From Psammoneis japonica (lineage: Eukaryota), in assembly GCA_008632985.1 (NCBI GenBank), contig QPGO01000031.1, forward strand, positions 248,001-312,000: a stretch of 64,000 nucleotides of DNA, in the 5' to 3' direction. Positions 34,446 through 46,768 of this stretch are shown here, in pieces; within the stretch, counting starts at the first letter, position 1, and the number at the start of each line of letters is the position of its first letter. A program made the translations under genes and the position numbers. The notes under the pieces are model-generated. The model was not told the DNA's origin. It made no database searches and saw only the letters and a program-made list of their open reading frames with translations.

Positions 34446-37400
34446 CTATTTGGTTTGCAATGCCAGGTATTCCTTTTCGTATTGATCCACCTCCTCATCC
34501 AGTTCAACCCAGCTTTCGTTGAAGAGTTCCCCGCTAATGATGCGCTTGGCCATGGATACCTTTGGCTCCTTGTGAAGCGGATTATTGCAGAGATCAATCG
34601 TCTTGGCGGATGCCTTTGTTTCATCCGAGCACCATGATTCACACCACAACCATTCTTGCGGCAGAGAGAAGATGGGAACCGCGTGCTGTGCATAGTTGGG
34701 AAGATCCTGGTCCAAGTTGGCGAGACTGTTGGGATCCGCCGAGAGTTGTTGATAGGTGGATCGGAGCTGGTCACCCACCAAAGAACGACGGAACTTCTCC
34801 AAGTCCACAACGTACAAGGCGGAGATATGATAGGGCTTGCCATTCAAATGTGAAGCCCAGAATCCTGATCTCCAAAACTGGAATCCAAGAGTCGATTCTC
34901 GAGAGTCGCAAAAGGGTGTGTAACCATAAGGCGCTCCCTGCAGGTCCATGTCCCAAAGTTCCTTCAAATCTCCACGCACGACCTGATCGGCATCAACATA
35001 AATAATCTTTTTAACCCCCAAGGGAAACAGCACGTCCAAAAAGAGAATCTTGTATCCCCAAATTATGCGTTGCTTCTCGCTCTGTCCCCGGAGCCATTCT
35101 GGCCACTTGTACGTGACAAACTCGACTTCGCACCCAATCTTTTGTGCCATGTCGGTCGCAGTCGCCTTGAAGGAGGGTGACAAAAAATTTTCAAAGAGCC
35201 AAAACTTGACCTTACTAGAGGTGCGTTTGGTCACAGAGAGCATCATAATTTTCAGAAATCTCTCGTACAAGTGTCCGGTTGCCAAGGAAAAGACATTAAT
35301 GACCTCCTCCTCGGGCTCCAACCCTTTTGAAGCATCCTCGTAGAACAGACTGGCTTGCTCGAATCCTGGTCTTCGCTTAACGAGGAGAAGCTCGCCTTTG
35401 TTGGTAAAGTCCTTCATAACAAGATTTTTGGTTGTGGATCTATCCGGAGTCTTTGAAATCTTGATCTTCCCATACTGAATGGTTCCTTCCACCATGTCAA
35501 AGATTTCTTCGCCACGAGACCCCTCTGCAATACTCAATTTCCAAACGCCTGGCGTTGCTCTAAGTTGCCAATAGCCGACGGTTTTCATGACAAGCGTGTC
35601 AGAGTAGGGAAATTCATCCTTGCTGTCAACACATACGGGCGCCAGTGATCCATCAGGCCCAACTTCGACAGATTCGTCAGGGCAGCTCTCGTTCGGGTGT
35701 GAACCGGTAGAGAGAGTAAGCTGCAATCCATTTGGAGGAGACATCGTCGTGGCGTCGTAACATTGTCCAAAAAAGAGGAGATCTTTCAATCCATATTCAA
35801 CGCTTGTCATGTGTTTGCGTTCGTGGATGGGAACAGAATCGTCGACGACACCCATGTAAGCGTCGTCGCCACATCCAGAACTGACATCACAACGCAGATT
35901 GTCCGTGTCTTGCACAGAGTATGTCTGCTGGATATTCCATGGTTCGGGTACATCCATTCGAAGCGTCAAGACATGATTAGTCGGCAAGTTATCAAAATGT
36001 GCTCTGGCAGGGTTCACGTCAGGAGTCGCATTGGGGTCAGCTACAAAACGGTAGTAACTGGTGATGGGATAGCCATCATCATCGCCGCTGCTGGGTGGTG
36101 TCAGAATGAGGGAAAGTGGGAGATTCAACTCATCCCGAAATGCAAATAGCAATGGCGCGAGTCTCTGCGTCGATTCTGAAATGGGATCCACCACGGCAGT
36201 CACCTTCACCTTGAGGCTATCCGACGAACCACCGTCATCGTTCCAACTGAATCGAAGTGGGTTATCTTTAAGCTCAAGATCCTTCTCGAGCTGGGAGATT
36301 TCTGAATCAACGTCACGTCTTTCAGAATCCGAGCCTTGTTTTGCCAAAAACGACGTGGCTCTATAAACGGCATCATGGTAAATGGCAGCATCTTGGGTTG
36401 GCAAATGTTGGTTCAAAAGTTCAGTAACTCCCTGTGTTCGACTCAAGTCAACTGAAAGCAACAATTCGATATCATCCTTTGTGACGGGCGAGTTGCCTGG
36501 AACGTAGAGACGTCCATTAGCAACCAAAAAGTCTGATGACGGAGTTTCCCCTGCAAGGTAAGATAGTCCAATACAAGGAGACTCCTTCTCAACCGCGGAA
36601 AGAAGATCTTTACGAATTGCACCACCGATACTCTTGACTGAGTCCAGAAGAGCTTCTGTTGAAGTCTCTCCACCCCTCGCAGCTTGGAATAATGCCAACA
36701 GGGAAGCGCTATCAAGGAGTCCTGCGTTGGCCATGATCGGGCACAAAGCGCAAGCAGCAGAGTCCGTGTTGCTCGGAAGGAATCTAAATCCTACGGAAAT
36801 GACAGTCCCATCTGCATTACCCCCATCCTCTTCACCTATCGTCGTTGGAATAACATCCATGATAGCCAATATGTTGGATGCCATATCAAGGCCTGCATCG
36901 GTTCTGAAGTCGACAACAACATCAACAACAAAGACGGCTTCGGCGGCCCCAGTCGGTTTCTTTGAAAAAACAATCGAATCCTTTCCGAACGTGTCTTGCC
37001 ACAAGTCAATGTATGCGTTGTCTTTTGATTCCGTAAGAAGCGGGTGTACTCTCTTGAACACCTTATCCCCTGTAAGAAACTTTCCATATACTGATCTGGG
37101 ACTACAACGAACGCACAGAATCAGAGATGAGAATCCGACTAAATGCACCCACACGCACTACAATGCCTGTGTGCTTACCTCGTATCAGTGATTTCTTGCT
37201 GCATTATCATTCCAAATATGAGCGATTGCTCCTTCATAAATACTTGACCCGCAGACTCTTGGTCACTTTCTTTCGTCGGTAGAGGACGGCCGTTCAAGAA
37301 ACTCATGCCTGGTTTCAGATTCTTGGATACGGCAAACCTCAGCGCCTTACCGTAGAGCGGCCCTTCGCCGTCCTTGTTGCCCTCGTGAGCATTGTCTTGA

Positions 37401-39421
37401 AGCGTCTTTACCGCTCGTGCAATAGCCTCTGCAGAATCCATGAATTGCATGTCTTGCATAGCTTGGCCGTGCAACTCGAGCAAGTTAGACACCATGCAAG
37501 GCTCACCGTCGACCAGGTGCTGTTCAATCAAGTGCAACAAATAGTCCACGTACGCAATCATGCCCCCGCTTCCGGCGTACATTGACATGACTTGGCTGAC
37601 AATCCGGTGAACCATTTGAGTTGTTGCTTCAATCTCGTTAAACTTGGACTGATCTATCGGTAAGGAAGACTCGTCAAAAATAGACGGCACGGGACAAGGC
37701 ACGTCATCTTCGATATCTGGATTCCCTGCAAGCCACGACGCACATGCCTGCACATCCTTCTCATTGACCAGCAAAATTCCTGTTCGGACGGGATAGTGAG
37801 ATTTCATGGTTTGGACCCCGAGCTGAAACCCCGGGTTATCGTCGCCAAAGGGATCAATAACAGCGAGGATCGTGTACATATTTCGACGCACCGCCGGTGG
37901 CTGTCCGAATTGCATCGCCATCATCATTTGCTGCATTTGGGTCGGCCAATTTCGATACTGGGGATCCTTTTCGATATCGTTCAAGTACATGATTGCCTGC
38001 TTCCAACCACGTGCCACGTCAATGCGGACGACAGCTTTGCTTGATGACGAGTCGTCATCGACGGCGTCGTCTTTCTTTTGAAACATTCGATCACCCTGAA
38101 TCCATGCCTTGTAAACTTGTTGTAATGCCTGGGAATTCATGTACGGCCCAAGACGATCTTGAATCGACTGTAGCTCAACTTGCTCTTTGAGCAAAAGCTG
38201 AAGCAACTCAAACACATTAAAGCTTGGGCGGTCGACCTGGACGCGCTTGCCGTTGACCAAAAGCAATGCTCCCTGGCCTTTTAATAAATCCAAAGAGGAC
38301 ATGGAGTCAGCCAACTCTTCAAACTCAGTTTCGACGGGAACATGAACCAAAGTGGACGCAACACTCGGTAAATTCTGCGAAACATCCATGAGCGACAACA
38401 GGGCATCTTCCGACGCAACAATGGCTGCCGCCGCCTGAAGCGGCAGCTGCCTGCGCTGCCATTTGGGCGGAATCAGCTGAGACTGCAACTGTTGCGCTTC
38501 ATGCCGTTTCCATAGCTCTCGTTGTAGCTGAAGCTGCTCCTTTTCAGCCACCGGCAGCGCTGACACGTTCACACCAGCCAACTGCACGTTTGATACAACG
38601 GAATTGAGGTCCGCCACATTGAGCTTTTGGTCATCTTCACCTTTTCCTTCATCATCAAAAGCTCGATACTCTACATTACGAATGTCCAACCGCACCCCAT
38701 ATCCTTGCAGCACCGTCGGTGCAGCTGGTTGTTCCTCGTGATCAATCACACCGAGATGGCGGACCGCCACATCAACCCCAGAAGTTTTTCTCAGAGTTTG
38801 ATAAAAGTCACAAAAGTCCTGCGTGCCCATGTTGCCATACAATAGGGCAGTCGCGTTGTTCGACGACCGCGTTGCTGACTTTACAAGTCGTTCTCCCGGG
38901 AGCAAGAGATCCGGTGGTGAATCATCATTCTCGGTCAGAGCTCCGATAAGATCGTCGCTGATTTGACTAGGATCAGTCACGACAATTTCACCAGGATAAA
39001 GTACCACAAATGCGTTCCATGTAGTGCTATTCTTGTGCAACAGTCCGTGTTTAAGTGCGGTCTGTCTAGCCAAAACGCGATGGGCCTCGCAAGCTGGACT
39101 TTGAGCTCGTAAGGATAAAGAGTACTTCATCAAGGATACATCGTTGCTGGCCGCATTCAAGACGAGATTCGTCGCTTCTGCTACAGACTCAACCTGCTTT
39201 CCCGATAACGACATAACGAGCCTATCCATAAAATCGCTCTCGGGAAACTGCTGCTGGTAAGCCCATGCTTCGCAGTACACATTATCGAGCGTCCACGGCC
39301 ACGAATGAGCGACAACAGATGCTTCCAACTGTCGCTGAACAATCGGTGAAACTAACACATCCTCTTTGGCTACTGCTACCACAGAAAAGCACGACAACAA
39401 TAGAGACGTCAACAACCTCAT
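34446..39421 (-). CDS. UGGT: UDP-glucose:glycoprotein glucosyltransferase (2 exons; intron 37178-37102)
   Basis: Signal peptide, LQGYGVRLDIRNVEY and the GT24 domain (INVFSLATGHLYERFL, WGYKILFLDVLFP, YVDADQ, SLANLDQDLPN, EWLWCESWC). A GT-AG intron restores the frame. Confidence 0.96.
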
Positions 39422-39479
39422 TGTTGACTCTTCTTTCGCAGCGACGGCGCTGAAGATTGCCTCTGCAAAATAGCAATGA

Positions 39480-40800
39480 GAGGAGGGGAGAAGCGAAGAT
39501 CGGCAGCAACAACAAGCGGTTGGCGAGTGCGACAAAAAGACGAAAAATCGAAAAAATCAAAATCAAAATGACCGGAAAAAGCGCGGGAAGACCTTTTGAC
39601 GGACGTCGGACGGTCAGTCAGTGCCATTCGCGCGCGGCGCGCACAAAAAATGTTCGTGGCATCAGAGTCAGGTTTGCCAAATGCATGGTGAGGGGTGGGA
39701 GTCGACCTCATCTTGAGTGGGCGCGAATCATGGAAAATTTTAGTGAGTGGAGGAGAGTGCATCGGAAGGGTGTGCAGAAGATGTGGGGGTGCGTGGGAGG
39801 GGCCACATCACAATGTCACAAGAATTTGGCAAATGGCGGGTGTCATGACTCAGAGATGACATCAAGGGGGCTCAGGTCATCAGGGGAGCACGCAAGCGAA
39901 GAAAGAGGAAGTTTGAATTTTTGTCACATTTTGCAAAAAATGAGAAGTCACAAGGAGTGTATTTTTGTGAGCGAGATCTGGCTCGAAACACGTGTGTGCC
40001 TTGCTTGCACACGAGCATGCCACCCAACATGATGAGAGCTTTCGGGATGATCGCACTGAGAGCCTGCCACAAGCCAGAGGTGGGGTGCAACAAAAAATGA
40101 CAATGAGGAAGCCCGGATTGTGCTTTTCCCTTTTTGCATGTGGCAAGACCTGCAAACTCTGCTGCAATTCACATGCTCCAGCCCTTGGCCAGTTTCTTGG
40201 CCTTGTGTCCGGACTCACCCGGGGATTGTCAACAGCCACCACACATGATCCATTCCCAAACCTTCCACCCAAATTGCGTTGTGGCCTTCCCCTTCTGTCA
40301 GAAAGACACATTTGGCCTTGGTTGGCAAGTTGAGATCTGTCACCATCACTTTCAAAAAGTTCTTTGGCTGACACCACAAGCGCGCTTCTCCTCAGCAACG
40401 TGCTCACCAGAGCATCTCTCGTCACCCCATTTGCTCATGAGACAACAAGTGACAGGGGAAGAGCCCATCTGACTGCTGATGGGAGAGGAGGAGCCACCAC
40501 TCAGGAATCTGTGCAGCAGACCAACGGAGACTTCATTGTCAAGACAGCTGGTGATCACAATTGTTGCGATGCAATGGTTGCTTCATTCTTGGCATTTCGT
40601 GACAAGGTCTGACAAACAAATGATTCAAAAAGTGAGCTGGCCAGCAGCTGGATGGAGGGATGAGTGAGAGGAGTTTCACTGGCAGTTGCATCTTGCCTGC
40701 GTCACCCACCATTGTGTGGTGGGTGGCCTTCCTTCGCGGTCCCCGTTGACTCTCTTCTCCCCAAACACCACCAGCTGGCACTGTGGGCAGTGCTGGCAAG
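39480..40800. other. TpA-depleted hypermutated domain 4, directly upstream of UGGT
   Basis: Essentially TA-free (exceptions ttag at 39740 and gtat at 39960). The left edge is CpG-rich. Confidence 0.75.
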
Positions 40801-41071
40801 AGCTTTGTTATCGTTTGAAGCAAGGCTGTGAGTGCAGGTAGCCAGCTGGACCCACTTTGCATGTTTCACCTCAATGCCGTGGCCTGCATCATGCCTCCAA
40901 ACCAAAGGAACCTTCTTCCACCACCTGCTTTCGACAAAGATCTACTTGAAAGTGCTGCCGCATGGATTTTCTTTGCAGGAACTGCTCGCAGTGCAAAGCT
41001 GTAGAGTCAAGATGGGGTTGTCGTTACGGACTTCGCCGACTCATGCAACCCTCGTGCTCGCCGCGTCCAAG

Positions 41072-41093
41072 GTGTGTGTGTGTGTGTGTGTGT
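41072..41093. repeat. (GT)n microsatellite
   Basis: Run of gt repeats. Confidence 0.9.
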
Positions 41094-41276
41094 GGCTTGT
41101 GACGATGTTCCAGATTCTGTCGTGTAAGCGACTATGCACTGCGTCGAGTCTAAGCACAGGTCTACTGGGTACTCTAGGCCGTATGTTCTTTGGCTTCGGT
41201 ATCTCTTGCCTCGGTGAAAAGGGCGTCTCCGAGGTTAAAGGATTCCGTCGACCAAACAAAACTTGGTAGCTTGCAG

Positions 41277-42173
41277 CTACAAAACCGAACAAAACACTGA
41301 AGCTTCCTGACCAAATGGCTCAAAGGTAGCCCTCGTCGGCTCGATCCATCGAAGATAGTAGGGCTCATTCTTGAGCTGTAGCTTTTTTATTTCATCGCTT
41401 AACAGAACATAGCATCGCTTCATAGTGGCAAAGCCTTCGTATGGTGGCGCTTCTTTCGCCAACAATCTTACAAACTCTTTGTGCTCGTTACTGTACCAAT
41501 GCATCCCATATTCGCCCGAGTTTTCAATTGCCATTGCATATAAGGCATTCGCACGATCCATCGGCAGACACAACCGGATGAGGCGCCGAATCTTGTGATG
41601 CATTCTCTCAAGGACACTCTTGGTAACGCTAGGATCTGCTGCATCTTTGAATCGTTCATACAGCGTGAAGAGGAATTCTACAGAGACTTTCCTGGCCCGA
41701 TTCAATCTCTTGGCATCCACGTCATTTGTCTCGTCGGCGGATCGCATTCGTCGTGCCCAATTCTCTGCAAACTCATCCATATTCATGCATCTGCTGTTTT
41801 CAAATGCGCTCTGAATCTGATTCAACGAAGTCACAACTTCACGGGAGAAGACCTTGTTAAAGTCCTCTTCAGTTCGACATGCCCCCAGGTCTCCAAGGTA
41901 CTTGTCGATGGGCTGATCCCACGTCGCATGCGACGGCGTCGATGGCAACGACGTGTACCCTCCGCTCTGTGACTGACAGAATTGTAAAACCTGTCGAACA
42001 AAGATCAATGAGCACGACAGGGCGATCGCGATAGCGACATAAAGTCCCCATCCTTCTTTAGATAAGGAGATGCCGAACGTCGCGATAATAAGGCCCAAAA
42101 AAGGGAGCATTGGGGGGACAAAGGATGCATGACATTCCAAGGTCCAACGGCAGAAACTGGATACGCTGTCCAT
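41277..42173 (-). CDS. Hypothetical protein with two N-terminal TM helices
   Basis: Open frame from MDSVSSF, with normal Tyr content and composition. Confidence 0.65.
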   Translation of the reverse strand: MDSVSSFCRWTLECHASFVPPMLPFLGLIIATFGISLSKEGWGLYVAIAIALSCSLIFVRQVLQFCQSQSGGYTSLPSTPSHATWDQPIDKYLGDLGACRTEEDFNKVFSREVVTSLNQIQSAFENSRCMNMDEFAENWARRMRSADETNDVDAKRLNRARKVSVEFLFTLYERFKDAADPSVTKSVLERMHHKIRRLIRLCLPMDRANALYAMAIENSGEYGMHWYSNEHKEFVRLLAKEAPPYEGFATMKRCYVLLSDEIKKLQLKNEPYYLRWIEPTRATFEPFGQEASVFCSVL

Positions 42174-42599
42174 TTCTGGCTTCTGGCTGTTCAATGAGAT
42201 AAGGTGAAGGGTGAAGGAGGGGGCAGGAGAGAGAGTGGGAAGAGTCGTCAATAGGTCCCGCAATGTCAAACTCGCGAACAACAGCAAGCCTCAGGTACCA
42301 AGCACACTCTAAAAGAGTACCGGTAGAGTCGTCTATCTAAGCACTTCAAGCGGGAAGATTTCTTCTGACGGCCGACAGACAACACTGTAAACACAGCAGT
42401 TTGGCAGTTCGCGAGTTTACCACTGTATCAGTTCTTGAGTTCTTGACAGTTCGGCACACCTAGTCAAATGACATTCGATTGTTCTCTAATTAAAGGACTT
42501 GCCCTAGCTAGGAGTGCTCTCCTTGGCTTCAGATGCAACAAATTGCCACCAAACAATGCTTTCTAACAGCTTCAGAAAACTTGCAGGTTGCCTGACATT

Positions 42600-43774
42600 T
42601 TAGTTCTTCTTGTTTTGGTTGTCCTCCTCTCTTTGAGTTTGTTCATCGAGAATTTCCTTTAGCAACTCTGCCGTGGGAAGCAAACTTTTCACTCGGCTCG
42701 AAACAAACGGCATTTTGTCTGGCTCCTGACCAGCCAGGGAGCTCGCACCTGCACACACAATGGCAGACAAGGACGCAAAGAACAAGATGTTGCTGGCATT
42801 TGCCACGACATCCACGGGCATCTGCTGACCCATCAACTGTGAGGCTCCGGAGACGAGCAGCGAAATGACACCGGGAATAAAGAGAGCAATGTCGAGGTAA
42901 ATGGCTTGGAGCATGTTGAATCGAACAAGCCGGTTGATGCGGGGAGAACACCCGACAAGAAAGTCAGTGACAAGGCGGCAATGAACCCACTCAGCGGAAT
43001 GGAGCGGCACACAAAATACGTCGCCACAATCAATTGTGTGATTGGATTGTTTGGATTGTTCAACACCAGAAAACTGGCGCAGGGAAGTGCACCAAGGAGA
43101 GGAAACATGCAGGGCAGCACTGACAAAACCTTGTCCAAGTTGGTGGGAGGCTTGTGTTCAAAATGTCAGCAATCTTGTTGCATGCTTCCTGTTCCCATTT
43201 AGCATTCGCTTGCAGTTCAAGGGATTGCTTCTTTTCCTCATGGGCAAATTCTGCCAGCACCGTCTTGAACCGTTCAACTCCGACAAATTCTTCCAATTGC
43301 AACTTGCCGTCACCAGATGCGTCAAATTTTTGCATCAATTGTTCAACGCGATCCTGGGGCAAGTCGGTCTTGAGTTGCCATTCGAGTCCGGCCTTGAGTT
43401 CCAATGGGGAAATTTTCCCGTCATTGTCGTGATCAAACTCAGCAAACACCCGTTCGGCCGCTTCCGCAGCCTCCTGGGAACGTTCTGCCTCCAGCGCGGC
43501 AGCTTCGGCGCGGCATTTGGCAGCCATGGCGCGGAGGCGCTCCACATCCACGTCGCCAGCGTTTTTCTCCGCACCACTTGGATTCTTGTTGATGCCATCT
43601 TGGACCATTTCTTGGGTGGTGTCTTTGCCTCCTAAAGCCCACAGTCGAGTTGATGGTTGGTTGGTGTACGAAATTGTTGGCAATTTCGCGTTTGAAAGAG
43701 GCTTGGGCGCGGCAAAGGCACTTGTCGAAACAAGCTGAGAGGTTGCAAAGAGAAAGAGAACAAGATTGCTTCAT
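42600..43774 (-). pseudogene. EF-hand plus Tic20-like plastid import protein, frameshifted, with Tyr->Cys changes
   Basis: Presequence ...VSTSA-FAAP, EF hands (DHDNDGKISPLE, DASGDGKLQLEE) and Tic20-like DKVLSVLPCMFPL...INRLVRFNMLQAIYLDIALF...GQEPDKMPFVS. At least 2-3 frame breaks. Confidence 0.85.
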
Positions 43775-44619
43775 CTAAAGAGCATTGTGTTGACCTGGGT
43801 GAAAAATCAAAAATTGTGAAAGGATTTTGAATCTTCGAGAACAGACGCTTTTTTCTGAAGAGTTCGAAAGAAATCTTGAGATTGTCCGCAGAGCCAGCGC
43901 TCTGCTGCCTGCTGACATGGATGCAAACACACCCATTCTTGCTTGTTGCATGTTTGTGGCTTCTGGACTTGCGCATGCATGGGGCGGGGCAGGCAGGATT
44001 CTTTGAACGAAGAGTTCGAAAGAACTTGCTGACGTGGATGCGAGTGCTTTCCTGCACGTCTGGATTTGTCTCTCGCAACATGGGAAACATCTGTGATTTG
44101 TGTGCAGAAAAGGCCTTCTTCATGGACAGGAGGCTGGAGAGCATCGCATTTGGCACAAAGCAAAACTTTTGTGTGCTGCATTTCTGTGCACATGAAGTTT
44201 CACATCTGACAACACTGAGGTGACAGTTGCACACCCCAGCTCGCTCAAATCCACAGAGGCCAGCGGCACTTTCGTGACAATGTGGCATGTGCCAGCATTG
44301 CCAGCACTTTCCCACCACAGCCACATCACATCACTTTTTCTTAAAGTGGCAATGTGCTGGATGAGCTTTGATGGAAAATGCAAGAAAATAGAGAGTGGCC
44401 TGACTGGCTTGATCTGCACAGGAGTTTTGTTCTCTGCTTGCGCTTGAGGTGCGCCACGGCAGCTCGAAAACAACATCAACAACAATGGCAATGTTGGCAC
44501 TGGGAAAACTTGGGTGCAAAGCAGCCACATTGATGGCATTTCCAGAGCTCTGCTGCTTGTGACAGAAAAAATGTGTTGAAGCACACATGAGGCAGAGCTG
44601 AGAGTGTGGCGGCTGCAGG

Positions 44620-45230
44620 ATGATGGCGGCGCACTGGTGGCTGGCTGGAGCTGCCCAGTGAAAACTTGTTCTGGTGGCTTTGTTTCTGTGAGTGTGAGAG
44701 TGGCCTGTGCCATGCAGTTAAAACACCCATGGTGCATGGCAGTTGGAGCCTTTTTGCCACTGGTGCTCATGGTGTTTTTGGAGCCTTGTTGCTGCACCTG
44801 AGATTGCAGCAGTTGGAGCGCTGGTGCTGCTGCTGCCAGCAGTGATGGGGTTGGAGCCTTTGTGCTGCTGATCCTTGCACTGGCAGCAGTTCTCAATGCC
44901 TTTGTGCTGCCAGCACCAATGGCAGTTGAAGCTTTTTTGCTGGTGGTGGTGGGGTGTTGGAGGTGGTGGTGGCGGTGGTGGCAGCTGGAGCCTTTGCACT
45001 GCTGGCACCAGTGCTGGTGGCAGCAATCAGCAACTCTTTGCACCACTCTGGAGCTGGTGGTGGTTGGAGCCTTTGTGCTGCTGGAAAGCTGGTGTGTGGT
45101 GGCTGGAACCTCTTTGCAATGCAGGTGGCATCAGAGCCTTTGTGCTGCTTGCGCACTTGTGGCAGTTGGAGCCTTCTTTCTTAAGCTGTTGATCAGTTGG
45201 AGCCCCCATGCTGCTGGTGCGGGCACTGGC
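44620..45230 (-). repeat. Degenerate tandem repeat encoding (S/T)STKAPT(A/T)-type mucin-like units
   Basis: Many copies of g(c/g)(a/t)g(t/c)tggagcctttgtgctgctgg on the + strand. The minus strand reads STKAPT-like units. Confidence 0.65.
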
Positions 45231-46504
45231 ACAATGTGATGTGCTCAAGGACCCTGATGGTGCCTGAGTGAATCAGAACTTGCATCTTAACCACCACAGC
45301 CACCTTGTCATTTTAGAGCTCTTCTCAAGTTGTTCAAAAAAGTCAACAAACTCACTTGACTTGTGAAACCAGAGAGCTGGGCGCACAACAGTTCCCTGTT
45401 CTTTGTTGTCATGATGATGAAGTGTGCAAACAGTGATTTTGAACAAGCTGCTTGCCACTTGGTTGCTGCCACAATCAACTTGCCTTAACATTGCTGACTT
45501 TGACAGAAAAAATGCACAAGCAAAGTTGTCTCTCTCATCTGTGATGCAGCCACTCAAGGCTTGAGAATCTTCAAAACCAGAGAGGCAAGTCACCTGCTTC
45601 TGCTGACTTTTTGGAAAACCTTGCCATTGTTTTTCAAACCTCAAGTGTGCTGAATTCTTTGGCTGTCTTTTTGACAATCATCTCACTGAGACTCTCAAGC
45701 CAAAGAAGTTTGACAGCTTGACAACTGCCCATGCCAGTGCTGCCTCTGCAATGATCTCTTCACTTCTCTCTTTTGGTTAAAGACTGAATGTTGTTTGCCA
45801 TTGTCAAGTGATGAGAGTGGTCTGGCATGATCCCAAGAAACATGTCACCTCCTCTTTTGTTGCCAGCATGACTTGCATGTTTCAATTGTGGTGGCCCTCA
45901 TTCCATGACCAAAGGTGTGCCAAGCATGTTGTCAAAGAGGCTCTTGTGTGCACAATGACAGAACAACAACAAACAGCAATTGCAGCGTCAGCACTGAGGA
46001 CCACATTTGCCATCATTCACAAGACCCCACAAGCACTGGCATGCTGTGGCCAAAGCAGCTGGTGGTGCTCAAATTGCTCAAGCTCTTTCACCTGCCTCAG
46101 CTCTTGCACCAGCTTCAACTAAAATTTCTGAGCACAAACTTGGACTTTTGCTGCTTTCAACCTGGGCTCCAAGCTCACATTGTGAGGCATGCCATCACAC
46201 ACATGAGCATCACTTGGAGACTGCTGCCATGTCAAGCACAACAGCCCATGAAGACATCCACCTCAATCCTTTCTTCACACAAGAACTTGGTGTTGTGAGT
46301 GTTGTGTGCCAGTGCTGGACCTCACTTCCATTGCTTGCTGAACTAGATTGTCACAAGAAATGGCACTTGAAACAATGCAGATGGAACTCAGCAAATCAAG
46401 ATGTTGAGCCAAACCTCCAAAACCCCAGAAGATTGGGCTTTTGCTTGCATTGATGCCAAACAAAGAAAAGAAAAAGAGGTGTGTGTGGCCCAATCAAGCA
46501 TTGG

Positions 46505-46768
46505 TTGCTGCACCCACACACCTTCAGGGATGTGTGACATGTTGCATGGCATGCCTTGGACAACTTTGTCAATTCTCTTGATCTGCTTTAGAGACCATTT
46601 TTGTTCTGGTGGGAGAAGTGAGTTCATCACCATTTTTTGTTGCTGCACCTGCACACCCTCAGAGATTTGTGACATGTTGCACCACATGTCTTGGATAATT
46701 TTGTCCATTCTGTTGATCCACTTTAGAGACAATTCTTGTTCCAATGAAAAAAGTGAGTTCATCACCAC
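46505..46768. repeat. 135-bp tandem duplication (45-codon repeat on the minus strand)
   Basis: ttgctgcacc...aagtgagttcatcacca at about 46505-46633 and 46640-46768. Confidence 0.85.
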
